DNA from: a virus
IMG/VR virus record: IMGVR_UViG_3300045988_103535
DNA length: 64,000 nt
Reading direction: 5' to 3' (one strand)
Positions 8,286 through 18,072 of this stretch are shown in pieces. The position numbers and the translations under genes are program-made. The notes beneath the pieces were generated by a model. The model ran no database searches. It had not been told where the DNA came from and was given only the letters and a program-made list of their open reading frames with translations. Positions within the stretch are counted from its first letter, which is position 1. Each line of letters opens with the position of its first letter.

Positions 8286-11200
8286 ATGGCAGGAACAGAT
8301 TTAGGTACTATTGTCGCCCACCTTAACCTCGATGTCAATCAATTTCAAAATGGAGTGCAACAAGCTCAGCAACAATTAGAAAATGCAAGTTCAGGTTTTG
8401 ATAGAGTTGCGAATGCAGGTAGGAGATTACAAGGTATAGGAGCAGGGTTAACCGCAGCAGTTACAGTTCCAGTAGCAGGAATTGCAAAATCCGCATATGA
8501 TGTAAATAAAGCATTCCAGTCTTCTATGTCTAATGTTCAAGCATTGTCTGGTGCAACTGGAAAAGATTTACAAGACCTTACTAATTTAGCTAGAGAAATG
8601 GGAGCTACTACTCAATTTAGTGCTTCAGAGGCGGCAGACGCACTTGGTTACATGGCGCTTGCAGGTTGGAATTCTAAAGAATCAATGAAAGGTTTACCAG
8701 GAGTCTTAAACTTGGCTGCGGCGTCAGGTATGGAGCTTGCAGATGCATCAGATATGGTTACCGATTATCTATCAGCTTTTGGTCAAGGTGCTGACCAAGC
8801 AGGACGAATGGCCGATGTACTTGCATACGCACAAGCTCATTCTAATACAACAACTGCCGGTTTAGGTGAAGCGTTCAAGAACTGTGCGGCTAATGCACAT
8901 GCTTTTGGTTTAGATATAGAACAAACAACAGCTTTAATAGGAAAACTATCAGACCAAGGGTTAAAAGGTTCTGAAGCAGGTACTGCATTAACTGCGATGA
9001 TGCGTGATATTACCCAAAAAATGAAAGACGGAAAAATACAAATAGGAAAAACAGCTGTATCGGTACAGGATTCAAATGGTAATTTCCGAGACATGACCGA
9101 CATATTAGGTGATGTAGAAAAAGCTACTAATGGAATGGGAGATGCACAAAAGAATGCCGCCTTAATGGGAACATTTACTGCCGACTCAATAAAAGCATTA
9201 AACATATTATTAAATACAGGTAGCGGAAATGTAAAAGACTTTGAAAAAGCATTGAGAGGTAGTAAAGGGTCAGCTGAGGAAATGGCTAAAACTATGAATG
9301 ACAACTTAGAAGGTGACTTGAAGTCTATGAATTCAGCTATTGAAGAATGTTATCTAACTATGATGGAAAAACTAGACCCAGTACTGAGATTAATAGTTCA
9401 AGGAATTACAAAATTAGCACAAGGTTTTTCAAAAATTCCACAACCTATAATGATAGTCATAATGAGTATAGCAGGCATACTTGCAGTACTAGGTCCACTA
9501 TTAGTAATAATAGGTACAGTAATGACAAAAGCAGAAAAATGTGTTGAAGTTATTAATAGATTTAGAGCATTCAGACAAGCAGGCGGATTTGCACGAATAT
9601 TCTCTACCGCACTCAACGGAGTTCGAACAGCTTGTACTCGAGTTGTAAGTGTTATAACTGGAACAGTAATTCCAGCACTTCAATCATTATGGGCATTTTT
9701 ATTAGCAAATCCAATAGTACTTGTAATAGCGGCTATCGTGGCATTAGTTGCAAGTTTCACTTATTTATGGAATCATTGCGAAGCCTTTAGAGCATTTTGG
9801 ATTAAGTTATGGAAAGACTTCTTAATGGCAGTTCAAAGTTTTTCACCGGCATTAGCAGGAGTTTTTAAAGGTCTTGGAAATGTTATATCAGGTTTTGTAA
9901 ATATTATTCAAGCGTTATTAGGTGGAATAAAAGATATATTTGTAGACATATTCACAGGTAACTTTGATAAAATACCTGAAGACTTTGCACAAATGGGAGA
10001 AAAATTGCAAGATGCAATTAATAAAATATTTGACGGTTTAGGTCAAATAGCACAAAATGCCATGCAAGCACTACAAGATGTATTCATGAATGGACTGAAT
10101 ACATTATTTGACCCAATTATAAATTGGGGATATTCAATATCAGGTGCATTTGGAGATGCAATGGTCGATTTATACGCAGTATTTAAAGACGGTTTTGACC
10201 TTATACTCGACTATTGGAGAGACGTAGGTTCTATTTTGAAGGATTTATTCTCAGGTGACTTTGAAGGCGCACTGCAAGGCGTACAGAACTTATTTTCTCA
10301 TTTAGGAGAAAATGTACTTAATGTATTACAAGACTTAGGAACATTTGTAGTTGATATATTCAGAAGTATAGGCGAAGGTATTACGAATGCGCTATCATCT
10401 GCATGGAATTCAATTACAAGTTGGTTCAGTCAATTAGGTTCTTCTATAATGACTATATTATCAAATGGATTAAGTGCAATAGGTGACTTTTTTAATAACC
10501 TACCTAGTATGATAGGAACTGCGATAGGAGTTGTAGGAGGTGTAATAGCAAGTGCAATAGTAAATGGTTGGAATTTTATTACTCAAACTGTACCTACATA
10601 TTTTACACAAATAGGTCAATGGTTCTCACAATTACCTAGCATGATAGGACAATGGTTGACTGATACGTATAATAGAGTTGCAGAATGGGCTGGTCAATTA
10701 CCTGGCAAAGCTCAAGAAGCTGGCTCAAGATTTATCGAAAGTGCTAGTAATTACTTTACTCAGTTACCTTCAAGAATTGGTAACTGGTTAACTCAAACAT
10801 ATAATAGAGCTAGTCAATGGGCAAGTCAAATGTGGACAAAAGCACAGCAAGCGGGTTCTCAATTTGTGAGTAGAGCATCAAGTGCATTATCTCAACTACC
10901 TGGAAGAATATGGAGTTATTTATCAAGTTGTATTTCAAGAGCAATTAATTTTGCTTCTCAATTTGCTAGTAAAGGTATGCAAGCTGCCTCTAATTTTAAG
11001 AACAGAATATTAAGTGGACTTAGAAGTATACCTTCTCAAGTAGTAGGAATAGGTAGACAAATAGTTCAAGGTTTATGGAATGGAATTAAAGGAGCTGGCA
11101 GTTGGCTAAGAGGTCAAATAAGTAGTTTTGCTAGTAGTGTAGTAGCTGGGTTTAAATCTTCATTTAAAATACATTCACCATCGGGAGTTATGAGAGATGA

Positions 11201-11609
11201 AGTAGGTAAATATTTACCTAAAGGTATAGACGTAGGTATAAAATTAGGAAGTAAAGATACATTAAAAGCGGTTCGAGATTTTTCTAATCAAATAATAGAA
11301 ACTGCTAAACTTGGAAATATATCACAAGCACTATCTGTCAATACTGGTGATGTTAGTACTCAAAATATAGTACAAAATGATAGTACAGTTGCCGCTATAC
11401 AAAGTTTAGAGAGAACTATTGCTCAACAAAATACAGAAATAGACTATAATAAAATAAAAGATTGTTTTGTGTCAGGTGCAAGTAATATAGACTCAACTAT
11501 ACTAATGGATAAAGAAGTTGTAGGTAAGAAAGTAGCGGCACCAGTCAAAACACATAATGACACGACAACAATGAGATTAAATAGATTGGAGGGCATAACA
11601 CAATGGTAA
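8286..11609 (+). CDS. Tail tape measure protein
   Basis: 1107 aa, TP901-like N-terminal region (FNKAFQSSMSNVQALSGATGKDLQDLTNLAREMGATTQFSASEAADALGYMALAGW), hydrophobic segments, W/Q-rich internal repeats. Confidence 0.93.
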   Translation: MAGTDLGTIVAHLNLDVNQFQNGVQQAQQQLENASSGFDRVANAGRRLQGIGAGLTAAVTVPVAGIAKSAYDVNKAFQSSMSNVQALSGATGKDLQDLTNLAREMGATTQFSASEAADALGYMALAGWNSKESMKGLPGVLNLAAASGMELADASDMVTDYLSAFGQGADQAGRMADVLAYAQAHSNTTTAGLGEAFKNCAANAHAFGLDIEQTTALIGKLSDQGLKGSEAGTALTAMMRDITQKMKDGKIQIGKTAVSVQDSNGNFRDMTDILGDVEKATNGMGDAQKNAALMGTFTADSIKALNILLNTGSGNVKDFEKALRGSKGSAEEMAKTMNDNLEGDLKSMNSAIEECYLTMMEKLDPVLRLIVQGITKLAQGFSKIPQPIMIVIMSIAGILAVLGPLLVIIGTVMTKAEKCVEVINRFRAFRQAGGFARIFSTALNGVRTACTRVVSVITGTVIPALQSLWAFLLANPIVLVIAAIVALVASFTYLWNHCEAFRAFWIKLWKDFLMAVQSFSPALAGVFKGLGNVISGFVNIIQALLGGIKDIFVDIFTGNFDKIPEDFAQMGEKLQDAINKIFDGLGQIAQNAMQALQDVFMNGLNTLFDPIINWGYSISGAFGDAMVDLYAVFKDGFDLILDYWRDVGSILKDLFSGDFEGALQGVQNLFSHLGENVLNVLQDLGTFVVDIFRSIGEGITNALSSAWNSITSWFSQLGSSIMTILSNGLSAIGDFFNNLPSMIGTAIGVVGGVIASAIVNGWNFITQTVPTYFTQIGQWFSQLPSMIGQWLTDTYNRVAEWAGQLPGKAQEAGSRFIESASNYFTQLPSRIGNWLTQTYNRASQWASQMWTKAQQAGSQFVSRASSALSQLPGRIWSYLSSCISRAINFASQFASKGMQAASNFKNRILSGLRSIPSQVVGIGRQIVQGLWNGIKGAGSWLRGQISSFASSVVAGFKSSFKIHSPSGVMRDEVGKYLPKGIDVGIKLGSKDTLKAVRDFSNQIIETAKLGNISQALSVNTGDVSTQNIVQNDSTVAAIQSLERTIAQQNTEIDYNKIKDCFVSGASNIDSTILMDKEVVGKKVAAPVKTHNDTTTMRLNRLEGITQW

Positions 11610-13717
11610 ATTATTTCATGTTCAATAAAAGTGAAATAAATGAATTATATTTAGTTACAAATATAACAAGAGTGTTATTACCGAAAAAGAAAATAGAAAC
11701 TTTAGACATTGCGTCTAGAGATGGTGAAGTATTCAATGGGAGCAAATATGCTCCTATTGAATATGATATAACAATTCTTATTTCAGGTGATGACGAAGCA
11801 GACTTGAAAAGCAAAATAAGAGACTTAAAGAATTTACTTTATTCAAAAGTACCAGTAGAGGTTAAATTATTTGATGAAACTAAGTTCTCTTATGGCATAA
11901 TTTCAGACGATATCGACTTAACTCCAAAATCAGCATTAGATGTATTAGCTAAGGCACATTTAATATGTTATATGCCATTTTTCTATAGTGTGGATTTAAA
12001 AGTAACAGATAATAAAGAGAATAAAACATTAGTGAATATTGAAAATACTGGCGATGTGGAAACAAAACCATTCTTTACTAATGTATTTTCAAGTAATGCT
12101 AATTTCTTGCAATTACAAAATCAAGTTACTAAAGAAACTTTATTAGTAGGTGATTATCCAAGCTTAGAGCTTGAGTCCAAAGACCCATATTCAACTGCAC
12201 TAAATGACCCATGCACAACAACATCAAATTGGGTAAGTTCTACTGTACCTATTGATAGTAATAGAAGCGGTGGAGGAACTTTAGCAGTTACAAATGAAAA
12301 TTCGGGATTATGTATAGGTACTCTACCTTCTAATAGTTCTACTGATACAAATGTATGGAAAGGTGTGCAAGTAAGAAGAAATTTAACTGCACCATTAGAC
12401 GATTTTAAAGTAGAGGCATATTTAACAATGAAGTCAACCGGCGTAAATGGCGACCCTACTTTAGTGCCAGTCGACAAAGAAACAGTATATGCTGGTGGTA
12501 CTAAAACTGTATATGAAGTTAAATCAAAAACATTAAAATGTAGAACAGGCCCTGGTACTTCTTATTTGTGCGTGCATACACTAAAAAAAGGTCATATAAT
12601 ACAAAATGCTAATATAGTAAATGGTTGGTTAAAGTTTACTGACTCAGAAGTTAATAATGGAGCAACTTCTATCTATTGCAATAAAAATTATACAAAGGCA
12701 AAAACCGTATCGACAACTATTACTACAACAAAAAGAAATGTCGTAGCGAAACAACCTACAAGTATTAGAGCCTCATATTCATGGGATTCTACTTCATTAA
12801 TAGTAGTTCCTAAAAATGGAGTTGTTAGAATAATTTCAACTAAAACATATTCAAGTAAAGGTAGCGATGGCGTTGTAAGAAATTATTACAAACTTGCAGA
12901 ACCTTATAAAGGTTACGATGGTTATATTTGTACAGGTAATTTGTACCCACTTACAGACGACCCAGTCATTACGATTACGTATGATACGCCACAAGAAACT
13001 GCGGACGATAAAACCGGAGTTATTGAATTATACGGAATGGGAGTTAATGGCGAAAGGATTTTCAAATTTGAAATGTGTGACGACCAAGAATATTTTGAAT
13101 ATAACTGTCCAAAAGTATATGTTGGATTAAAATGTGAATATCAAGATGAAACAAAAGTCAGAAAACCGAATAACTATACTACTATAAATAATAACGAAGT
13201 CAAAGTTACAAATTATATGTCTGGTGTATTAGGTAATTGGAATGATTTTTATGGCAAAATATCAATTTCTAGGGTTAAAGATAGTAACGGCAATCATGTA
13301 TGGACTGTATCAATTAACAAATTATATCAAGGTAATATAATAGCTAATAAAAAATTTACAAAAACAATAAATAATACAGCTACAGAAAATCTATCATACT
13401 TTATTTTATACATGGGAACATATGGTAATATTGATAAGTGTACTGACATGGCACTTAATAGCTTAAAGGTACAGGGTATATCAAAGGTTGACACAACTGT
13501 AAATAATAAAATCGAATTTCGTGAGGGTGATGTTATTGATATAGACTTTGAAAATAGAAATGTATATCTCAATCAAGAACTTAGAAATGACCTTGTGGAT
13601 ATAGGTAGTTATTTCTTTGATATAGAAAAAGGTATAAATCCCATAAAAATATTTACTAATGATACGAATATTTATTCGTGTGGAATTATACAAGAAAAAT
13701 GGATTGGAGCTGAGTAA
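11603..13717 (+). CDS. Distal tail (Dit)-like protein with internal SH3-like insertion
   Basis: Position after tape measure; N-terminal Sipho_tail-like region; internal KTLKCRTGPGTSYLCVHTLKKGHIIQNANIVNGWLKF. Confidence 0.7.
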   Translation: MVNYFMFNKSEINELYLVTNITRVLLPKKKIETLDIASRDGEVFNGSKYAPIEYDITILISGDDEADLKSKIRDLKNLLYSKVPVEVKLFDETKFSYGIISDDIDLTPKSALDVLAKAHLICYMPFFYSVDLKVTDNKENKTLVNIENTGDVETKPFFTNVFSSNANFLQLQNQVTKETLLVGDYPSLELESKDPYSTALNDPCTTTSNWVSSTVPIDSNRSGGGTLAVTNENSGLCIGTLPSNSSTDTNVWKGVQVRRNLTAPLDDFKVEAYLTMKSTGVNGDPTLVPVDKETVYAGGTKTVYEVKSKTLKCRTGPGTSYLCVHTLKKGHIIQNANIVNGWLKFTDSEVNNGATSIYCNKNYTKAKTVSTTITTTKRNVVAKQPTSIRASYSWDSTSLIVVPKNGVVRIISTKTYSSKGSDGVVRNYYKLAEPYKGYDGYICTGNLYPLTDDPVITITYDTPQETADDKTGVIELYGMGVNGERIFKFEMCDDQEYFEYNCPKVYVGLKCEYQDETKVRKPNNYTTINNNEVKVTNYMSGVLGNWNDFYGKISISRVKDSNGNHVWTVSINKLYQGNIIANKKFTKTINNTATENLSYFILYMGTYGNIDKCTDMALNSLKVQGISKVDTTVNNKIEFREGDVIDIDFENRNVYLNQELRNDLVDIGSYFFDIEKGINPIKIFTNDTNIYSCGIIQEKWIGAE

Positions 13718-13718
13718 T

Positions 13719-16700
13719 ATGCAAATATATATTTTAGATAATAAAAAATATAATATAGGCTCAATAGATACAGAAACATCAAACATAAGTAATGATAAAT
13801 TTATTCAATACCTAGAAACAGGTGCATTTACTTATGAGTTTGATATTATTTTAGATAATAACAATAGTGAACTTTTAGAAGAAAAAAATTTCATGGTATT
13901 CTATTGGCGAAATAAACTAAAAATGTTTCAAATAGAAACTATAAAAGATACAGAAGGAATTCTATATGTTACAAGAAACGTCTATGCTGTGCCATGTACT
14001 TTAGAACTATACCAAAATCATGTTAGACCTATTACTATTGAAGGTACTATTGAGACATGCCTTACAAGTATTTTGCAAGATACAAACTTTAAAGTAGGAA
14101 ATATTTCTCCTACATTGGCAAATATAGGAAAAAGCATGAATATTACTTCTATTACCCCAGTCTATACTGTATTACAGGATTTAATATCATTATTTGATAA
14201 TATTGAGTTAGACATACGTATAGAACGTATAAGCAGTATTCAAGGCAAGTATGAATTTTATATAGACGTATACGCAAACGGTGAATTAGGTAATAAAACT
14301 GATTTAAGAATTGAGTATAATTGGAATGAATATGGACTCAAAAAGACAAGCGATGGCAGTAATTATTATAGTGGTTTAATAGCACAAGGAAAAAATGGAA
14401 TTACATTTTCAGATATAGCATGGGACGTATACAGAGGTGACCCATTAAATAAACCTCTAGGTCAAGATTATTTAGTTGACCCAAAAATTCATGAAATTTA
14501 TAACAATGGAGGAAAATATATTCTAGGTTCTTATAATTCAGATAGTGCTACAACTCCTATCGACTTATTATGGGAAACTTATGAAAAATTACAAGAAGTA
14601 AAAAGCGTAAAAGTTAATTTCGAAGTTCCTATATATTTAGAAAAATCTGAATATGAAAATATAAATATAGGAGATACAGTTCAAGTATTTAACCCAAAAT
14701 TTAACCCAGACATAACTTTAGCTGCTAGGGTAGGTACATTACAAATATCATTTACTGACCCAGCTCAAAATAAAATAACTCTAAGTAATTATAAGTCAGT
14801 AAAATCTAAAATAAGACATTATAGTAATGACGATATTATTAAGGAAGCAGTATCAAATATATTAAACCTTAGAGTTGGAAAATTAACTCCAGCGGATAGG
14901 TTAGCAATACAAAATTTACTTGCAAAATTAAATGTTGACAAGACAAACATGGATAAAATAATAGACAATATTATTAATAACCTAAAACCTGATATTCCAC
15001 AATTGCCAGACGATATTGGCGAGGACTTAGAAGACTATACTGCAATAAAAATAAATACTTTAGACAAAGGGTTATGGCTAGGTGATAAAAGAATTTATGA
15101 CCTAAAAAATTATGGAATTATTAAAATATCTGAACAACAAGAAGGTGACATAACGCAAGACACTAAAGCATATGCAGAAGCTATAAAATATTATAGTAAA
15201 TACAATTTAGGTAAATCAATTAATGACCCAGAATTCACGGCAATAGTTAGCTCCAATAATAAATATAAAATACCTACTATAGTTAATTATTGGGCGCCTA
15301 AATTTGGATTAGACCCATACATTGTTTTTATGTGTATTTGTGGAGAGTCAAGAGGAAATCCAACATCTGCAACTTCATATAGCGGAGGCGGCTATGGGCT
15401 AATGCAATGCGAACGTTCTGTATATTTCAATAAAAAACAAACGATAACTTTTATAGACGGCTCAACAACAACATTTACACCTTCTTATAGTACAATGCAA
15501 CCTAACAAAGGTGGAACTACTACTCTAAATGGCGTAGTAGTAAATAAAAATATTAGCAATCAAATAATGTTCGGTTGTCACGAATTGAGAGTTTCTGCCG
15601 ACTGGTGTCATTATAATATATTCGCTATGTTGATAGGTAATAATATGGGAATAGGAGCGGCAGCTTGGATAGTTGCAAAATATACTGCAGAAAAATATGG
15701 ATTCACTTTTAAAAATTCATATTTAAGTTTCGCTAGTTTACCTACTGCTTATAGAATTAAATGCTATGAAGTACTAGAAAGTGGTACAGGAGATTTCGCA
15801 TCTTATAGAAAAGATTGGGTAGATTATAGAAATTCAATCGGTAAGCCAGCTGGTACAGTTAATAATATAGAATTATATTTATGTTTCTATCAATCACAAA
15901 ATGGTAGTTTACCTTATATACTAGATAAGCAAGGTAAAAAATATGGTCTTGGAGTTAGTAATACTGGTGATAGTAAACCTGGACAACAACAAACAACTCA
16001 ACCTACAGGTTCGGAAGTTAGAAAAATAATAGTAGATACAGCGAAGAAAATAGTATCACAACACGTTGACCAAAAAATAGCTACTTATGACCAAGGTAGT
16101 AGAACTGTTAACTTTGATAAACCGAATAAATATAGAGGTACAATATATGGTATAAAAAATCCAATTTGTTACGACTGTTCATCATTAGTATCATGTTCAT
16201 ATTTAAAAGCTGGCATGAAGTCTGTATATGCTAAGAGTTGTGCTTATGGTACATTAGTTGCAGGAGCTACTGCAAAATCAGGTTACAAAATGTTTAAAAT
16301 AACAAAAACTACTATAGAGGATATGCTACCTGGCGATATTATAATGATGACTAATAAAACATGCCCTACAACATTTACTAGAGCACAAGCTATAGCAAAG
16401 AACTTTACACATCACACATTAATATATTGTGGCAAAGAAAATGGCACTCATATGGTAGCACATGCAAGAAAATGGGATTGGTGGCCTAAAGCAATAATGT
16501 ATATGCCGGTATATTCTGACATATATAAATACGGCTTCTGTCTAAGACCTTATGAATTAGTAGAAAAAGATAAACTTGTTACTAATACAGAAAGTACAGG
16601 AGCTGACGGTGAAATTATTATCGATGACCAAATAGTACAGAATAAAGACTTAAATGCATTTACAGCTAAAGGAGTGCCAGGTGCAACTGCAGACATGTTC

Positions 16701-18068
16701 TATGAAGATGACCTATTAGTCTCATATATACAAGTTGGGGAAACTGCTGACTCATTACCTTACCCAACTCAACCTGAATATATATTTTTACATTTTGGAA
16801 TAAATCATCTAACTACAGACGATGCACAGAATGTAATAAATCTAGTAGAAACTCTATTAGTTAAATATCCGAAAACTCCAATATTTATTGCAAAAGAATG
16901 GCATGCAACTTCTGTATTAGCTGATTATCAAACTATAAATACAAATGTTGATGAATATAATAATATAATTGAAACATACTGTAATAAAACTCAATATGTT
17001 ATATTCCTTGATATAGGTAATGTTCCAGACACTTCAGATGGATATACTTGTGCTGATAAAGCAAGTACTCAAACTTATTATAATCAAGTAAAAACTGCGA
17101 TAAAAAATAAAGTGATAGGATATACACCTTCAGACGATACAAAACCTGAAGAAACTGCAAAGAATGTGGAGTACATTATGGAATTTAAAGATGATAAAGA
17201 TTTCGGACTTGTAAAAAGTATATTCATTAAATTTTATTCAGCTGTATCTGATACATTTTGGGCTAAGTATAAATTTAAGACACAAAAAGATACTGAGCCA
17301 ACAAAATTTACGCAATCAAATATAATATATTATGAAGGCGATGACTGTAGTAGCGGCGCATTAATATGTAAGGCAGATACTCAATATTCAATACTATGTT
17401 TAAGTAATCCAGACAGAACTAATCAATACAATGGTAAAAAATATATAGGAGTTGTTACTGCTAATCATGGTAATGGCACATACACAGATTGTGGCGATTT
17501 TATAGGAAAAGATAAGATTATTGAAATCGGTGAAACTTATTGGGAAAATAGAGCAAAATTTGTATATAATACAAAAACCCCATTAACTTATACAAACCCA
17601 GACAAGAACAAAACTAAATGGAAAGATAGTAACGGTAAATATCATATAGACTGTTCAACATTCGTATCATTATGCTGTAGAGGAATTCCGTATAATGAGT
17701 CGCCTTATAGTAAAAAATGGACTTCACGAGATAAAAAAAGTTCAACTATACCTTGGGCATTTGACCCAGGTCGATATGCTGCCGATATTGCTAAATATTG
17801 TGTATCAAAAGGTTGGGTAGCAACTGGAATTGATACAACTAATTGGTCAAATATAGAAAAAGGTGACTTGATATTTTGGGATAGAGACGGCAAAGATTTA
17901 AAAAGATTTATGTCAGTTTCGCATGTAGGAATATGTAGTGGATTCGATGCTGACGGAGATGCGACTACTATTGAAGTTACAACTGTTAGTGGTGCAGTTT
18001 ACAAACGTAAACTAAAAGATAATCAACCTGGCAAGGTTATATTAGTATGTAGAATAAGAAAGGATTGA
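13719..18068 (+). CDS. Tail-associated endopeptidase/multi-domain cell-wall hydrolase (Tal-like)
   Basis: Start ATG at 13719 after stop of previous gene; N-terminal prophage endopeptidase tail-like region; transglycosylase-like ICGESRGNPTSATSYSGGGYGLMQ; two NlpC/P60-like modules (ICYDCSSLVSCSYLKAG...HHTLIYCG; YHIDCSTFVSLCCRGI...VSHVGICSG); degenerate SGNH-like module between. Confidence 0.75.
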   Translation: MQIYILDNKKYNIGSIDTETSNISNDKFIQYLETGAFTYEFDIILDNNNSELLEEKNFMVFYWRNKLKMFQIETIKDTEGILYVTRNVYAVPCTLELYQNHVRPITIEGTIETCLTSILQDTNFKVGNISPTLANIGKSMNITSITPVYTVLQDLISLFDNIELDIRIERISSIQGKYEFYIDVYANGELGNKTDLRIEYNWNEYGLKKTSDGSNYYSGLIAQGKNGITFSDIAWDVYRGDPLNKPLGQDYLVDPKIHEIYNNGGKYILGSYNSDSATTPIDLLWETYEKLQEVKSVKVNFEVPIYLEKSEYENINIGDTVQVFNPKFNPDITLAARVGTLQISFTDPAQNKITLSNYKSVKSKIRHYSNDDIIKEAVSNILNLRVGKLTPADRLAIQNLLAKLNVDKTNMDKIIDNIINNLKPDIPQLPDDIGEDLEDYTAIKINTLDKGLWLGDKRIYDLKNYGIIKISEQQEGDITQDTKAYAEAIKYYSKYNLGKSINDPEFTAIVSSNNKYKIPTIVNYWAPKFGLDPYIVFMCICGESRGNPTSATSYSGGGYGLMQCERSVYFNKKQTITFIDGSTTTFTPSYSTMQPNKGGTTTLNGVVVNKNISNQIMFGCHELRVSADWCHYNIFAMLIGNNMGIGAAAWIVAKYTAEKYGFTFKNSYLSFASLPTAYRIKCYEVLESGTGDFASYRKDWVDYRNSIGKPAGTVNNIELYLCFYQSQNGSLPYILDKQGKKYGLGVSNTGDSKPGQQQTTQPTGSEVRKIIVDTAKKIVSQHVDQKIATYDQGSRTVNFDKPNKYRGTIYGIKNPICYDCSSLVSCSYLKAGMKSVYAKSCAYGTLVAGATAKSGYKMFKITKTTIEDMLPGDIIMMTNKTCPTTFTRAQAIAKNFTHHTLIYCGKENGTHMVAHARKWDWWPKAIMYMPVYSDIYKYGFCLRPYELVEKDKLVTNTESTGADGEIIIDDQIVQNKDLNAFTAKGVPGATADMFYEDDLLVSYIQVGETADSLPYPTQPEYIFLHFGINHLTTDDAQNVINLVETLLVKYPKTPIFIAKEWHATSVLADYQTINTNVDEYNNIIETYCNKTQYVIFLDIGNVPDTSDGYTCADKASTQTYYNQVKTAIKNKVIGYTPSDDTKPEETAKNVEYIMEFKDDKDFGLVKSIFIKFYSAVSDTFWAKYKFKTQKDTEPTKFTQSNIIYYEGDDCSSGALICKADTQYSILCLSNPDRTNQYNGKKYIGVVTANHGNGTYTDCGDFIGKDKIIEIGETYWENRAKFVYNTKTPLTYTNPDKNKTKWKDSNGKYHIDCSTFVSLCCRGIPYNESPYSKKWTSRDKKSSTIPWAFDPGRYAADIAKYCVSKGWVATGIDTTNWSNIEKGDLIFWDRDGKDLKRFMSVSHVGICSGFDADGDATTIEVTTVSGAVYKRKLKDNQPGKVILVCRIRKD

Positions 18069-18072
18069 TAAT

